Shown: piece after piece, positions 37,224-50,332 of the stretch
How positions within the stretch are numbered: position 1 is the first letter of the stretch
Layout of the letters: every line of letters starts with the position of its first letter
Assembly (NCBI RefSeq): GCF_964213995.1
Contig: NW_027590554.1
Location: 124,001 to 188,000 of the forward strand
Source of the DNA: Mustelus asterias
Taxonomy: Eukaryota
Direction: 5' to 3'
Length of the DNA: 64,000 bases
Notes under the pieces: model-generated
Seen by the model: only the letters and a program-made list of their open reading frames with translations
What the model was told of the DNA's origin: nothing
The model's database searches: none
Made by a program: the position numbers and the translations under genes

Positions 37224-39695
37224 AACATAGAACATAGAACATAGAACATTACAGCGCAGAACAGGCCCTTCGGCCCACGATGTTGCACCGACCAGTTAAA
37301 AAAAAAAACTGTGACCCTCCAACCTAAACCAATTTCTTTTCGTCCATGAACCTATCTACGGATCTCTTAAACGCCCCCAAACTAGGCGCATTTACTACTG
37401 ATGCTGGCAGGGCATTCCAATCCCTCACCACCCTCTGGGTAAAGAACCTACCCCTGACATCGGTTCTATAACTACCCCCCCTCAATTTAAAGCCATGCCC
37501 CCTCGTGCTGGATTTCTCCATCAGAGGAAAAAGGCTATCACTATCCACCCTATCTAAACCTCTAATCATCTTATATTTTTCAATAAGATCCCCTCTTAGC
37601 CTCCGCCTTTCCAGCGAAAACAATCCCAAATCCCTCAGCCTCTCCTCATAGGATCTCCCCTCCATACCAGGCAACATCCTGGTAAACCTCCTCTGCACCC
37701 TCTCCAAAGCCTCCACATCCTTCCTGTAATGTGGGGACCAGAACTGCACACAGTACTCCAAGTGCGGCCGCACCAGAGTTGTGTACAGTTGCAACATAAC
37801 GCTACGACTCCTAAATTCAATCCCCCTACCAATAAACGCCAAGACACCATATGCCTTCTTAACAACCTTATCTACTTGATTCCCAACTTTCAGGGATCTA
37901 TGCACACATACACCTAGATCCCTCTGCTCCTCCACACTATTCAAAGTCCTCCCGTTAGCCCTATACTCAACACATCTGTTATTCCTACCAAAGTGAATTA
38001 CCTCACACTTCTCCGCATTAAACTCCATCCGCCACCTCTCGGCCCAACTTTGCAACCTGTCTAAGTCTTCCTGCAAACTACGACACCCTTCCTCACTGTC
38101 TACCACACCACCGACTTTGGTGTCATCAGCAAATTTGCTAATCCACCCAACTATACCCTCATCCAGATCATTAATAAATATTACAAACAGCAGTGGCCCC
38201 AAAACAGATCCCTGAGGTACACCACTTGTAACCGCACTCCATGATGAATATTTACTATCAACCACCACCCTCTGTTTCCTATCCGCTAGCCAATTCCTGA
38301 TCCAATTTCCTAGATCACCCCCAATCCCATACATCTGCATTTTCTGCAGAAGCCTACCATGGTGAACCTTATCAAACGCCTTACTAAAATCCATATATAC
38401 CACGTCCACTGCCTTGCCCCCATCCACCTCCTTGGTCACTTTCTCAAAAAACTCAATAAGGTTAGTAAGGCACGACCTACCTGCCACAAAACCATGCTGA
38501 CTATCACCTATCAATTCATTACTCTCCAAATAACTATAAATCCTATCCCTTATAATTTTTTCCAACATCTTGCCGACAACAGAAGTGAGACTCACCGGTC
38601 TATAATTCCCGGGGAAGTCTCTGTTCCCCTTCTTAAACAATGGGACAACATTCGCTAACCTCCAATCCTCTGGTACTACACCAGAGGCCAACGACGACCT
38701 GAAGATCAGAGCCAGAGGCTCTGCAATCACTTCTCTTGCCTCCCAGAGAATCCTTGGATAAATCCCATCCGGACCAGGGGATTTATCTATTTTCAGACCC
38801 TCCAGAATATCCTGCACATCCTCCTTATCAACTGTAATACTGTCTATTCTACTCCCTTGCAACCCAGTGTCCTCCTCAGCTATATTCATGTCCCCTTGCG
38901 TGAACACCGAAGAGAAATATTGGTTCAATGCTTCACCAATCTCCTCCGGTTCCACACATAACTTCCCTCTGCCATCTATAACTGGCCCTAAACTTGCCCT
39001 AACCAACCTTCTGTTCTTGACATACCTATAGAACGCCTTAGGATTCTCTTTAACCCTATCCGCCAAAGTCTTCTCATGTCCCCTTTTAGCCCTTCTAAGC
39101 TCGCTCTTCAACTCCCTCTTAGCCAATCTAAAGCTTTCTAGTGCACTACCCGAGTGCTCACGTCTCATCCGAACATAAGCCTCCTTTTTCTTTTTAACCA
39201 ACAAAGAAACTTTTTTGGTGCACCACGGTTCCCTAGCCCTACCAATTCCTCCTTGCCTGACAGGGACATACCTATCACAGACTCGCAGTAGCTGCTCCTT
39301 GAAAAAACTCCACATGTCGGACGTTCCCAGTCCCTGTAATCTCCTAGTCCAACCTATGTTTCCTAATTCTCTCCTAATAGCCTCATAATTACCCTTCCCC
39401 CAGCTAAAACCACTGGCCCGAGGTTCATGCCTATCCCTTTCCATCACTAAGGTGAACGTAACCGAATTGTGGTCACTATCACCAAAATGCACACCAACTT
39501 CCAAGTCTAGCACCTGGTCTGGCTCATTTCCCAGCACCAGATCCAATATAGCCTCACCTCTAGTTGGCCTGTCTACATACTGAGTCAAAAAACCTTCCTG
39601 CACGCTTTGAACAAAAACTGACCCCTCTAACGAGCTAGAGCTATAACAATTCCAGTCAATATTAGTCAAGTTAAAATCCCCCATAACAATTGCCC
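37224..39695 (-). mobile_element. Young 5'-truncated CR1 LINE, open ORF2 (endonuclease end plus RT, 786 aa)
   Basis: MGDFN, LDLVL and SDHN (APE end) plus a full RT; (tgttcta)n tail. Confidence 0.97.
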
Positions 39696-40031
39696 TAGGA
39701 AACTAGAAAGGGCGAGGACGAATGAACAAACTGTCTCGTGATGGGATGTAAGGCAATAGTGATGGAATGACAATGGGGAAGATTAATGTCTACACTGACG
39801 CAATCTCCCAGATCTGGATGCAAATCTCACTCTAAATGAGAAGAAAACTTCTCGCTGAATTATGCACGAAACTCCTCGCCTTCCAGTGAAGATGAGGCAG
39901 TTCTCAGTCATAAACCATAAACTTTAAGATTAACAGTGGGATGGAGAAAGACTCAGTTTGAGCGGTGACAGCACCAGAGGAATGGAAAACTGTCGTTCAC
40001 CCAGGAAAAGGGCAAAGTTTAAACAGAGCTG

Positions 40032-40104
40032 CGCCCAAAGTGTGGCTCGAACCCATGATCCTGGGATTAAGAGTTTCATGCTTTAACGACTGAGCTAGCC
40101 GGGC
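40032..40104 (-). tRNA. tRNA-Lys(CTT) pseudogene
   Basis: Reverse complement GCCCGGCTAGCTCAGTCGTTAAAGCATGAAACTCTTAATCCCAGGATCATGGGTTCGAGCCACACTTTGGGCG; anticodon-stem mispairs. Confidence 0.85.
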
Positions 40105-40689
40105 ACATTGAGACGCTGATGCTCCAGATTCCAAAACAAATATGTGTTTCTTTTTCCATTCAGCTTGTTCTGATTACAAAGTTTACAATGAATCGACCTA
40201 CAGAATCCTGAAAGTTACAATGCATTCCTCTCAATAATCATTAACATCATTGTCATCTTTCACGTCTTAGATTCATGTCCTTCCAAACATTGCAAACTCC
40301 TCTTACATCTGTCGGGCGGCATGGACAAGTTGGGCCGAAGGGCCTGTTTCGATGCTGTAAACCTCTATGACTCTATGTCAACTTAATATTCTTGTTCGAA
40401 ATACTCCAGTCAGCGCGTGAAGCCACACAGCATGTTCACTGTCAAACTGTCTCCCAGTTGCAGACTTTTCATTGTGATCACATCTCATTCTAAACTACAG
40501 AGGGAACATATTCATCCAACAGCCTCATCATAGAAATCAATCCAGAGGACCTTGGTTACACACATACAGCGAGAGAATAGAAGGAGCAAAGAGCAAACAA
40601 TGATAGATGCACAGACAGGGACTGAAACAAACTGATACGGTAATGGAGTGACAAAAAGAGACAGAGCAGACATCAACAATCCATGAATA

Positions 40690-40990
40690 GTCCTGTAGAA
40701 TTCCTGCAGTGCGGAAGGACGCCATTCGATCCATCGAGTCTGCATCGACCAAAGTCCCGCATAGACACTATCCCCATAACCCCATGCATTTACCAGACTC
40801 TAAGGGGAAATTTAGCATGGCCAATGCACCTAACCAGCAAATCTTGTGACTGTGGAAGGAAACTAGATCACCCAGAAATAACACAGGCAGACATGGGGAG
40901 AATTTGCCAACTCCAAACAGACAGTTACCCTCGCGGGGAATCGAATGCAGGTCCCTGAAGCAGCAGTGATAACCACTCTGCCACCGTGAT
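40690..40990 (-). mobile_element. HE1-like SINE
   Basis: SINE body and tail. Confidence 0.8.
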
Positions 40991-41393
40991 ACCCCAATAC
41001 ATATCACTTACTAGATGAAGGCGCAGCGCTCTGAAAAATTGTGATAACAAAAAAAACCCTATTGGACTTTAGCTTGGTGTTCTGAGACCTCTAATGTGCC
41101 CACACCTGTTCAACGTCATATCTGCACATCATGGCTATACACACGTCATCTTTCTGAACCCACAGGCATGGGTTCCTCTGAATTGGCGAATCGAGATAAA
41201 GTGAATATCCACAAACATCTTTTAAAGATGTCTTGATTTATTTGTGAGCATGTTATGTTGTTAGAATCCCTGCAGCGTGTGCTCGGATTCTCAAACCAAA
41301 CCCCATGTAAACCAATCCTGCCGTGTGCACGGGAAATAAGTTAACAAACCCAACGGTTCGTTCACAAACCCTATCGCAAACAATAGCTAAATG

Positions 41394-41471
41394 AGGACTT
41401 GTTCGGGACCTCTTGCGACTTTGTGGATCTTAATACCCAAAGCCAGAATGGTACCCCCAGACCTACGAGCC
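41394..41471 (-). tRNA. Intron-containing tRNA-Pro(TGG) pseudogene (T arm deleted)
   Basis: Reverse complement GGCTCGTAGGTCTGGGGGTACCATTCTGGCTTTGGG-[tattaagatccacaaagt]-CGCAAGAGGTCCCG. Confidence 0.75.
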
Positions 41472-43576
41472 ACCGTGAGGAAAGCAGTTTAGGCATTACA
41501 TTCCCATTGCCATCAAAATCTGATCAGACATCTGCAGTGAAAGTGAAAGTGCTGAAAAAAGGCGGGAAGTCAGGACTCTTGTGTGCACAGGGAAAGAAAG
41601 TTCCATTTTTCACCTCCGTGACGTGTAATTTAAACTGGAAATGGTTAGAAATGTACGACGTTTTAAACAAGTGACATCCAGGAGGGAAGAAACATAACAA
41701 CAGCTGATGAGGTGGAAGTCAGGAGAGATTAGATGGGAGACACAAAAAAAAAATCACAAAGTGATTCCACCATAGAATGAGGCCAGTCCAAAGTTCTTTA
41801 CAGGAGTCAAGGGCTAAAGGGGAACCTGTGGATGTGCTGTACATAGATTGCACAGCTGTCACATTGATGTGGTTGTGGGTTTTGAAAATTGACAATTACA
41901 CTTAAGAACATAGGAACTAAGATCAGAAGTAGGCAAATACAGCTCTTCGAGCCTGCATTCAATCAGTTCATGACTGATCTCTCCCTGGTCACAAATCTAC
42001 GTCCCCACCTGTTCTCTTTCTTGAAAACGTTTAAAGATTCAGAATCCACCATGCTATGGGGCAGGAAATTTCACAAATCCACGACTGTCAGCAATACGTG
42101 GTTACTCAGCATCTCGGTTTTACGTCCACCGCCTCTCAACCTATATATGAAACACTAGCTCTGACAAAATGTCATCTCGACTCGAAATATTGGCTCTATC
42201 CTTTCCCCACAGAGGCTGTCAGACCAGCTGAGATTTTCCAGCTTTTCCTGGGGGGGTTTTCAGAGTCCAGCACCCACAGTATCTTGCTTTAATATACATG
42301 TGACCTCTTCTTCTCGATTGCCCGAAAAGATGAAACATTTGGTCTACATTTATTCGATCAATTCTTTTACAATTTTATATACCTCGATCACTTCAGCATC
42401 TGGTGGGACGATTTCACTCACTGTCAATTTCTTGTCCCAGCGAACTTAATTGGTGTCCTCACTGGCTGAAGGAAGTACCTATGTTCCATACAAACAGGAC
42501 ACTTTGAAGGAGAAACTTCGATCGAGTGAAAACGATCAGGGATGAAAATAATAAGCAAAGGGATATAATTCGAAATCCTCAGTTCACCAGTTACCCTGGT
42601 AGTCCACTGGTTTGTGTTTAGCACTCTCCCAATGATATTTGGTTTCAACTCTCGCTCAAGAAGAAAATATTCTCAGCAAACGATTAAAAATAAGGTGATT
42701 TACTCTTTGATCGAAAGCAGATCTACTAGAATCAGCCGAGTGAGGATTGTACGTTTACATCAGAGCTGGAAATGTCACATGTTCAACAGTTCAAGAACAA
42801 ACACAGAAAGAGAAGGGCAGTGATGGTCTGCAAAGCACGAGCAATAGAGATGGTGATGCAAGGGAAAGTCTGGATTATGAATTGCCAAATTTTTACCGAT
42901 TACACTGTCAGCGAAATATGAAATTTTTCCCTCTGCATTGAAAAACATTTGGAAATGTTTCTGTCCAGTTCTGAACCGTCGGAAGCGAAAGTGTTAACTG
43001 CAGTGTATTGATTGCTGTGTGTTTTCATTGGCTGAATACATCACTGTGTTGAAGCAGAATGTGCCATTTTGCAGGAAAAACTTGTTTGTGGTGAAAGTAT
43101 GAAAATAAAAATAACAAAGGTAGCGTGGATAAAGCAAATTCTAAAACACACTGTAAACTGCTGCTCTGGGGGTTAGAGATTGACATTTTCACTGATGTTT
43201 TGATTGCTGGTCAGTAAATGAAGATTTATTCCTCGCATCCAAACCGTGAAAACAGATGTCAGTTATTGCCTGGTGGAACATATCAAACACAATCTCGCCT
43301 CGTGTCCGGAAGTGAAGACTTCCAACAGGAAGTTTTCTTGTCATTTATGTCAGGAGTTTGGGAAACAGACGAGGCTAAGGACAGTTTAAATGGTGCCGGG
43401 CCTTTATTGCAGCTCATTGTGTTTCTGACTGGAGATGATTTCTGTTTGTTGAACAGTTCAGGATGAGTTGACTCAGTGAAGGTGCAGGCTCCTGACGGCC
43501 TTTCCCAAATCAGTTGCATCCAATGTATTTCAGTAACAATATCAGCAAATTGCAGGATTAGCATGATTATTTTTCT

Positions 43577-43664
43577 GCTCCCGTAGCCGAACGGTCTAAG
43601 GCGCTGGATTAAGCCTTCAGTTTCTGAGGCGGTGTGAGTTTGAGTCTGAATCCCACCGCTGCCA
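43577..43664 (+). tRNA. tRNA-Leu(AAG) pseudogene
   Basis: gtagccgaacggtctaaggcgctggattaagccttcagt...gaatcccaccgctgcca. Confidence 0.8.
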
Positions 43665-43936
43665 GAGTCAATTTAAGTTTTGGTCCTTTCGGCAGAATTC
43701 TAACAGCTCGGATATGTTTCCTCCCTGCTGGATTTCACTTGTTTTAAACTTCCTACATTTCTAACCATTCCCAATGTTAATGAAAAGTCTTGGAGGTGAA
43801 AGGTGAGCTTTGTTTCCTGTGCACACTCTGTATTACTTCCTGAGATTTTTCCAGCATTATCACCGTTCAATGCAGGTGTATGATCCGCTTTGGATGGCAG
43901 TGAAAATATATTTAGTTGACTTGCATTGATCACGAT

Positions 43937-44025
43937 TGCTATTTCGCCTAGGGGTATGATTCTCGCTTTGGGTGCTAAAATCCGCAAGCCTGCGTGAGGT
44001 CCCAGTTCAAATTCTGGGTAAGCCC
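43937..44025 (+). tRNA. Intron-containing tRNA-Pro(TGG), probably a pseudogene
   Basis: CTAGGGGTATGATTCTCGCTTTGGG-[tgctaaaatccgcaagcc, 43973-43990]-TGCGTGAGGTCCCAGTTCAAATTCTGGGTAAGCCC. Confidence 0.82.
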
Positions 44026-44865
44026 TCATTAAGCTGTCGTTTCGCATTGGAGAAGAGGAGGATTTTGTTAGTTTATTTCCCGTGCACATGGCAGGATTGG
44101 TTTACATGGGGTATGATTTGAGAACCTGAGCAGACAATGCAGGGATTCTGTCAGCACAACACACTCACAAAGAATCAAGACATTTTCAAAAGGTGACTAT
44201 GCTTTCGGACATTCACTTAATCCTTATTCACCAACTCAGAGGACCACATTCTTCTGGTTTCAGACAGCTGTTTTGTGTTTATTCGATTCTGCCGCACTCT
44301 CTGTCCCTCTCCGTGTCTTTTTTGTTGCTGTATACCTGTCTCAGGCTCTTTCACTCTCTGTCTCTCTGTCAGTTCATCAATCACTGTTCCCCCTTTTGCT
44401 CGATAATCCCTTTATTCTTTCGTTGTCTGTGTTCAATCAAGGTTCACTGGATTGATTTCTGTGATGATGCGGTTGTCCTGGGAGGAGAGATTCAGTGGAA
44501 TGAATCTGTTTGCTCTGTAGATTAGAATAATGAGAGGTGATCGGATTGGAAAGCCTGAAAATGGGGAGACAGTTTGACTTCGGACACACTGAAACGCTCT
44601 TTCCCCAAGTGGTTGGAATATTCAGATCAAAAATATGAAGGTGAAAAATATCAGACTGTTTGTGCAATGTTTGAAAAGAGGTGAAGCTAAGAAGTGGAAG
44701 ATGTGAATGAAGTTATTGATGATCGAGGGGAATGCATTGTAACCTCAGGGATTCCGTAGATTGACTAGTTATAAACTTTGTAATCAGAACAAGCTGAGAC
44801 ACCAGATGGAAACGCTTTATTTGCCTCCACACATTTTTGGATATGGAGTGCTGGGGCCCACATGT

Positions 44866-44930
44866 GCCCGGCTAGCTCAGTCGGTAGAGCATGAGACTCT
44901 TAATCTCACGGTCGAGCCCCACGTCCGGCT
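44866..44930 (+). tRNA. tRNA-Lys(CTT) pseudogene with T-arm deletion
   Basis: gcccggctagctcagtcggtagagcatgagactcttaatctca matches tRNA-Lys, then a deletion. Confidence 0.85.
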
Positions 44931-46227
44931 TTCTTATTTTAAAACTTGCCCCATTCCTGGGTAAACGCCAGCTCTCCATTCCTCCGGCACTGCCACCGCT
45001 CAAACTGAGTCTTTCTCCATCCCGCTTTGTTGATCTCACCGTTACTGCTTTCTGAGTTAAAGTTATCTTTGCCTCCCTGGAAGTCGAAGTGTTTAGTGCT
45101 TAATTCAGTGACAAGGTTTCTTCTCATTTTGCTCGAATTTGGAACTCAGACCTGGGAGATTGTCTCAATGGAAACAACAATCCCCATTGTCATCTAATCA
45201 CTCCAGCCTTACATCCTATCACAAGGACGTTTGACTTTTCGTCCTTTCTCTCTCTATTTCCCTTTATTTTGTATTTGTTAGTAAAACATTAAATCTCTAA
45301 ATTCTCCCAGTGTGGATAAAAGGTCAGCGACCCTACACACTCACTGTATTCCTCTCTCAATAGACGCTGTTTGACCTGCTGAGTGTTGCCAACATGGTCT
45401 ATTTTGAGTTGCGATTTGCAACAACTCCAGTAACAATTTTTGGTTCAATTTGGATCAGTTTTCTTCGACTGAACCTTACCTGTTTAAAAAGTTAAGGGGT
45501 TGAGGTTTTGAATAGTAAGATACAAGCACGTGTCACCCTGATTGACATAAAATGAAACAAAATGAGGATTATTCATTTCAAAAGATGTTACTAAGTCAAT
45601 ATCTATATTGAAGGGGGTCAACCTCCGGGTGACATTCAGTCACTCATCTGTTCCAATTTAAACAGAAAGTGGGACGGCGAGAGTCTAGAGTGATACGTGT
45701 TACCCCATGGAACCGACAGCACTCTGACCTAAGACACTAAGCCTTTCTCCCAAAATACACACACACGCACCAAGACTTGCTGAATAATTGCCAGTTTCCA
45801 GTCGAATAGTTGTTGTTGTGTTACACTAACCGCTCCTTTCTTTCAAAAGAGGAGTTCACGAGAGGCAAAAATGAAAAGAAGATTGCTGATGCAAGCGTCT
45901 GTCGCCAGAAGCTCAGCAATGTGCATTGTAAAAGAAGTTGAACTGGCTGAAAAAGTCCTCTCCCTATTCCTGTTTTGTGGGAAATTTAAACAAAAGGTTC
46001 TTCAAAAAAATCAATCCTCAGCAATGGCAAAGAAGAGCAAGGATCGGCCTAAATTTAAACTCGGTTCGTTGGATTCAAATGCTCACCATTAGACCAGAGA
46101 TCCCAGAATACAGCAGCCAGCTGCAAATCGTCGCTCAACGCATTTGACCCACTTGCTGTTGCTGCCACATTGAATGAAAGAGGTCGCAGTCCTTGAGTGA
46201 CCATTTGCAGCGCGCGGCTGTGTTCCT

Positions 46228-46299
46228 GGTTCTGTGGCGTGATGTTGAGCACTCTGGTCTCTGAATGCAGTTGTCCGAGTTCAGATCTCGACGAAGCAT
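46228..46299 (+). tRNA. tRNA-Gln(CTG) pseudogene
   Basis: ggttctgtggcgtgatgttgagcactctggtctctgaatgcagttgtccgagttcagatctcg. Confidence 0.7.
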
Positions 46300-46489
46300 T
46301 GCTTTTCTTTGCTAAAGCCGATGATTGGTTTGCTGAAGGGCATTTTATTTAAAATTCTAGGGAAGTGGAATTTTCTACTCTGAGGAAATTTCAGCAAATT
46401 CCACCGCAGTCACATTGCAACGGATCACTCTCAGCACGCTTCAGCCCCAGCGGACGATTTCTCAAGAATAAAAATGCTCAGAGGCACAA

Positions 46490-46800
46490 TCTTAGAATTC
46501 CTACACTGCAGAAAGAAGCCATTCGGCCCATCAGCCCGCACCGACAACAGTCACACCCAAGCCCTATCCCCGTAATCCCACATTTTTGGCTTTTTGTCCC
46601 CCTGACACTGCGGGCATTGTAACATGGCCAATCAAACTAACGCGCAAATCATTGCATTGTGCGCCGGGTGATCAGCTTCCTTCACACACGCAGACACGGG
46701 GAGATACTGCAAATTCCACACAGTCACCCGAAGCCTCACAGAACTAAACACCTGTCCCTGGCACTGTGAGGCAGCAGTGTTAACCACTGTGCCACCGTGG
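46490..46800 (-). mobile_element. HE1-like SINE (duplicate of 30607-30915)
   Basis: Shares the same internal rearrangement (gcgcacaatgcaa) as the 30.7 kb copy. Confidence 0.8.
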
Positions 46801-47728
46801 CAGAAAACGGTTCCCCTACTGATACCATTCACTGAGTCATCTTCCCAAGTTAAACAAGTGTTGGTCCGATGAGAATACTCATTCCAGCGAGTTTCGAACT
46901 CTCATTTTTGTATACAAAGTCCAGAATGCTCACCGTTACAACACAGAACCAACAGGACGTCCGTCGAAGGCAGGAAGCATTTCACCCAGATCTCACACAT
47001 CTACACTCTTGCTCAATAATAGTCAGGATCCAGTCGAAGGGTTGTTGTTCTTTGACAGCAACTGCACCTTTCTTTCGACAGAGCGTTAAAGTGCAGCGAA
47101 AAGATGAAAAAGAAAATTGTCTGCACCTGTAAGGACTTGATTACCCCTAAAGATTCCCATTCCAATCATTATCTTGCAATTGCGTCTCTTTCTATTTATG
47201 TCCTGTTTGTCAATAAAAATACCCCAGTCCAACGCCGGTAACTCCACATCATGAAATAGAAGATCACAGATGTTGCAAGCATCTGGCGTCAGAGGCTCAG
47301 CAATGTGCATTGCAATAGCTGTTGAACTGGCTGACAAATGCTCCTCTCGATTCGAAATTTGTGAAACATCTAAACGAAATGTCCTTCAGCAAATAATCAT
47401 CAGCATTGCAAAGAAAAGTAAGGTTCAGCCGAGATCTGAATTTCCATTGCCAGATTTAAAGGCCAGTTTGCGCACCATTACACCACGGAACAGAGGACGC
47501 AGCAGTAAGCTGTAAATGTCCTATAAAACATGATTATTTCTGCTGATGTCTTCCGATATGGCTTGCAAAGGAAATGATTTGCTGTAGATTGGTGGACTAT
47601 GTCTTCTGAGCTTCGCTCCTATCAATGGTGGCGAATAACGACACGTTGTTGTCGCACTTGCTGTTGCTGCCACAGAACGAAAGAGGTCAAATTCTTCGAG
47701 GGACCATTTTGGTGGTCAGTGTGTTCTG

Positions 47729-47801
47729 GGATCTGTGATGTGACGCTGAGTACTCTGGACTCTGAATCCAGCGATTCGAGTTCAAATAGCGGCAGAGACC
47801 T
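47729..47801 (+). tRNA. tRNA-Gln(CTG) pseudogene
   Basis: gagtactctggactctgaatccagcgattcgagttcaaat. Confidence 0.75.
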
Positions 47802-48433
47802 GCGTTGCTTTGCTTAAGCCGCTGATGGGTTTGCTGTTGGCATTATATCCAAAATTCTCAGTCAGTGCAAATCTAAACACTGAGGAAACTTCAACAAATT
47901 CCACCGCACTTGCGTCCAATGCACCGAATGACTCTCTTGGCGTCATTGCTTCAGCACCAGAGGACGACTGCTCAAGAATACAAAGCGTTGAGAGGCAGGG
48001 GAGCCACAGTGGGCATGACGTCCATCCACATGTGTCAGGCACTCAGTTATGTCACAAGCTTAGAAAGAGTTTGAATGCGAGAGTCCAGAGTGCTAACAGT
48101 TACACCATGCAACCGACAGCACACTGACCTCAGACACTAGGCCTTTCTCTCAAATCAGAAACACACACACAAACACACATGCTCAATAACTGCCAATAAT
48201 TGTTATTGTATGAAACCAACTTCTCCTTTCTTTCAACTTAAGGGTTAAAGAGTAGCGGAAAGATGAAATAAAATGCTGGGTGTTGCAGGTATCTGACGCC
48301 AGGGGTTCAGCAATGTACATTGTAATAGCTGTTGAACTGGCTGACAAATTGTCCTCTCAATTCAAACTTCGTAAAAAAACTAAACGAAATGTCCTTCAGC
48401 AAATCAATCATCGGCATTGGCAAACGAAAAGAG

Positions 48434-48505
48434 AGGTTCCAACGAAATGTGAACTCGGATAGCTGGATTCACAGTCCAGAGTGCTCACCATTACATCACG
48501 GAACA
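48434..48505 (-). tRNA. tRNA-Gln-derived pseudogene (anticodon mutated to GTG)
   Basis: Reverse complement GTTCCGTGATGTAATGGTGAGCACTCTGGACTGTGAATCCAGCTATCCGAGTTCACATTTCGTTGGAACCT. Confidence 0.75.
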
Positions 48506-49170
48506 CAGCGGGCGACAGCAGTCTGAAAATGGTCGTTCAATACCTGTACCAATTTGAACAGCAGGCAGAAATGTCAGCCCCATTCCACAAGCCCGTCAAT
48601 TACCCACTGCAATTCATATTCACATTTCCCTTACCTTTCCGTCCTGTCAAAATGTGTACTCTACCTTCAACTGCATTACATTTCACTGTCGCTCATCACA
48701 TTCAAAGAGCAATGTTAGCGTCGAACTGATGGAAACCTTATTGTGGTAAAAACGCTGAACAACATCAGCTTATCACAGCTCTGCCTTCGTCACATCAGTG
48801 TGAAAATGTGAACAATTTCATATCTGGACAGAAAGGAAGGATAGTGTGGCTGCGGATAATTGGGCGCTGTGTACATTTCTGTAATCAGTATCTGGGAGAA
48901 TCGGGCAAATGAGATCCTGGTGGCCTCGTGGTTAGGGGTTCGGTGCTTTCAGGGTTACAGACTGCCATCGATATGATAAGATTTAATATTTTTTACAAAC
49001 AAACCATGCAATACTTCCTGGTCCAACGCAGCTCTGCCAGAATCAGTGGAGTGAGATTTGCAGTTTTGCTTTTGAATTGGAAATGTCACGCGAACAACAG
49101 GTCAAGAACAAACACAGATAGTTGAAAAAATGTTGCAGTGCATCTATGATTATAGCAATTGCTCGCAACT

Positions 49171-49235
49171 TCCCTGATGCTTTAGTGGTTAGGATTTGGT
49201 TCCTTCGCCGCCGGATTCGATTCCTGGTCAGGGAA
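49171..49235 (+). tRNA. tRNA-Glu pseudogene
   Basis: tccctgatgctttagtggttaggatttgg...ttcgattcctggtcagggaa. Further Glu relics at ~42593, 48916, 49750(-), 53350(-) and 53620(-). Confidence 0.75.
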
Positions 49236-50258
49236 TAGCGATTTATTGCTCCCGACCAGCACATGAATTAGGAGGGCTGAAAATACTTCCTGATCGAAAA
49301 CAGGTGTGATCCTTGTGCTAGTTTGAACTACCAGGAGGAACAAAATAAGCCCATTTGCACAATCCCGGCAATTTACATTTACATTCCTCTTGCTGCTTCC
49401 TCCTGTTAAAATGAATAACAATACATTCTATTCCACTAAATTTCATGTAGCTCACCACATTCAAAGAGTAGTATTTGCATGAACCTCTTATCAACCTTGT
49501 TGTGGTAAAGCTGCTGAACAACATGAGCTGATCACAGCTCTGCTGTGATATCAGAGACTTGTATCTCATTGATCATCATTACTGTCTCCATTGCTTAATT
49601 CCAGGTCACTGTCATAACAGATATAGTCACACACTCATGCTATCATCTGCAGCAAATGATGTATTCTTCCTTTTTTCAGATACTTTCACCTCCAGAAACT
49701 AATTACATGCTGAGTAAAATGTTCTGTTTAGTTGATAGTGAATCACCAATCCCGGGCCGTGGCGGTGAAAGCACTGACTCTGAACGACCTGACCACCCGG
49801 CCTCCACCATCAGCGGATAAATTTGCCTTATCCATCATTCCATCATTCCTTGTTTCATTCAATCACCCTCCTTCGCTCTCGATCACAGAACTTCCCTTTT
49901 GTTCTTTTCACAGACTGCTTCATGACTTTACCATCAGAAAATGTTGGAAATACTCCGCAGGTCACTTAATGTTTCGTGATAAATGAGCAAAAAATTCTGA
50001 AAGCCGAATAGCTCTGAAATTGAAAACATTTGGAAATGTCTCTTTAGAGATGAAATACGACTAATGATGGAACCTGAATCACAAGCAGAAAATTCTCAGC
50101 AGGTTTGGCAGCATCTGTGAAGAGGGAACAGGGCCACTGGGTCGAGCCAGGAGTTCTGACGAAGGGTCATCCAAACTTGAAACTTTGGTTTTATTTCCTC
50201 CTCACAGATGCTGTTAAACCTGTTAAGATTTTCCAGCATTTTCTGTTTTTGGTGAAAA

Positions 50259-50332
50259 TGCTTCTGCCTGGGACCGAACCGAGAACTTTTCGTGTGCATG
50301 GCGAACGTGAAATCCACCACACAACAGAAACA
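50259..50332 (-). tRNA. tRNA-Val pseudogene
   Basis: Reverse complement gtttctgttgtgtggtggatttcacgttcgccatgcacacgaaaag..; another relic at ~54077-54146. Confidence 0.6.
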
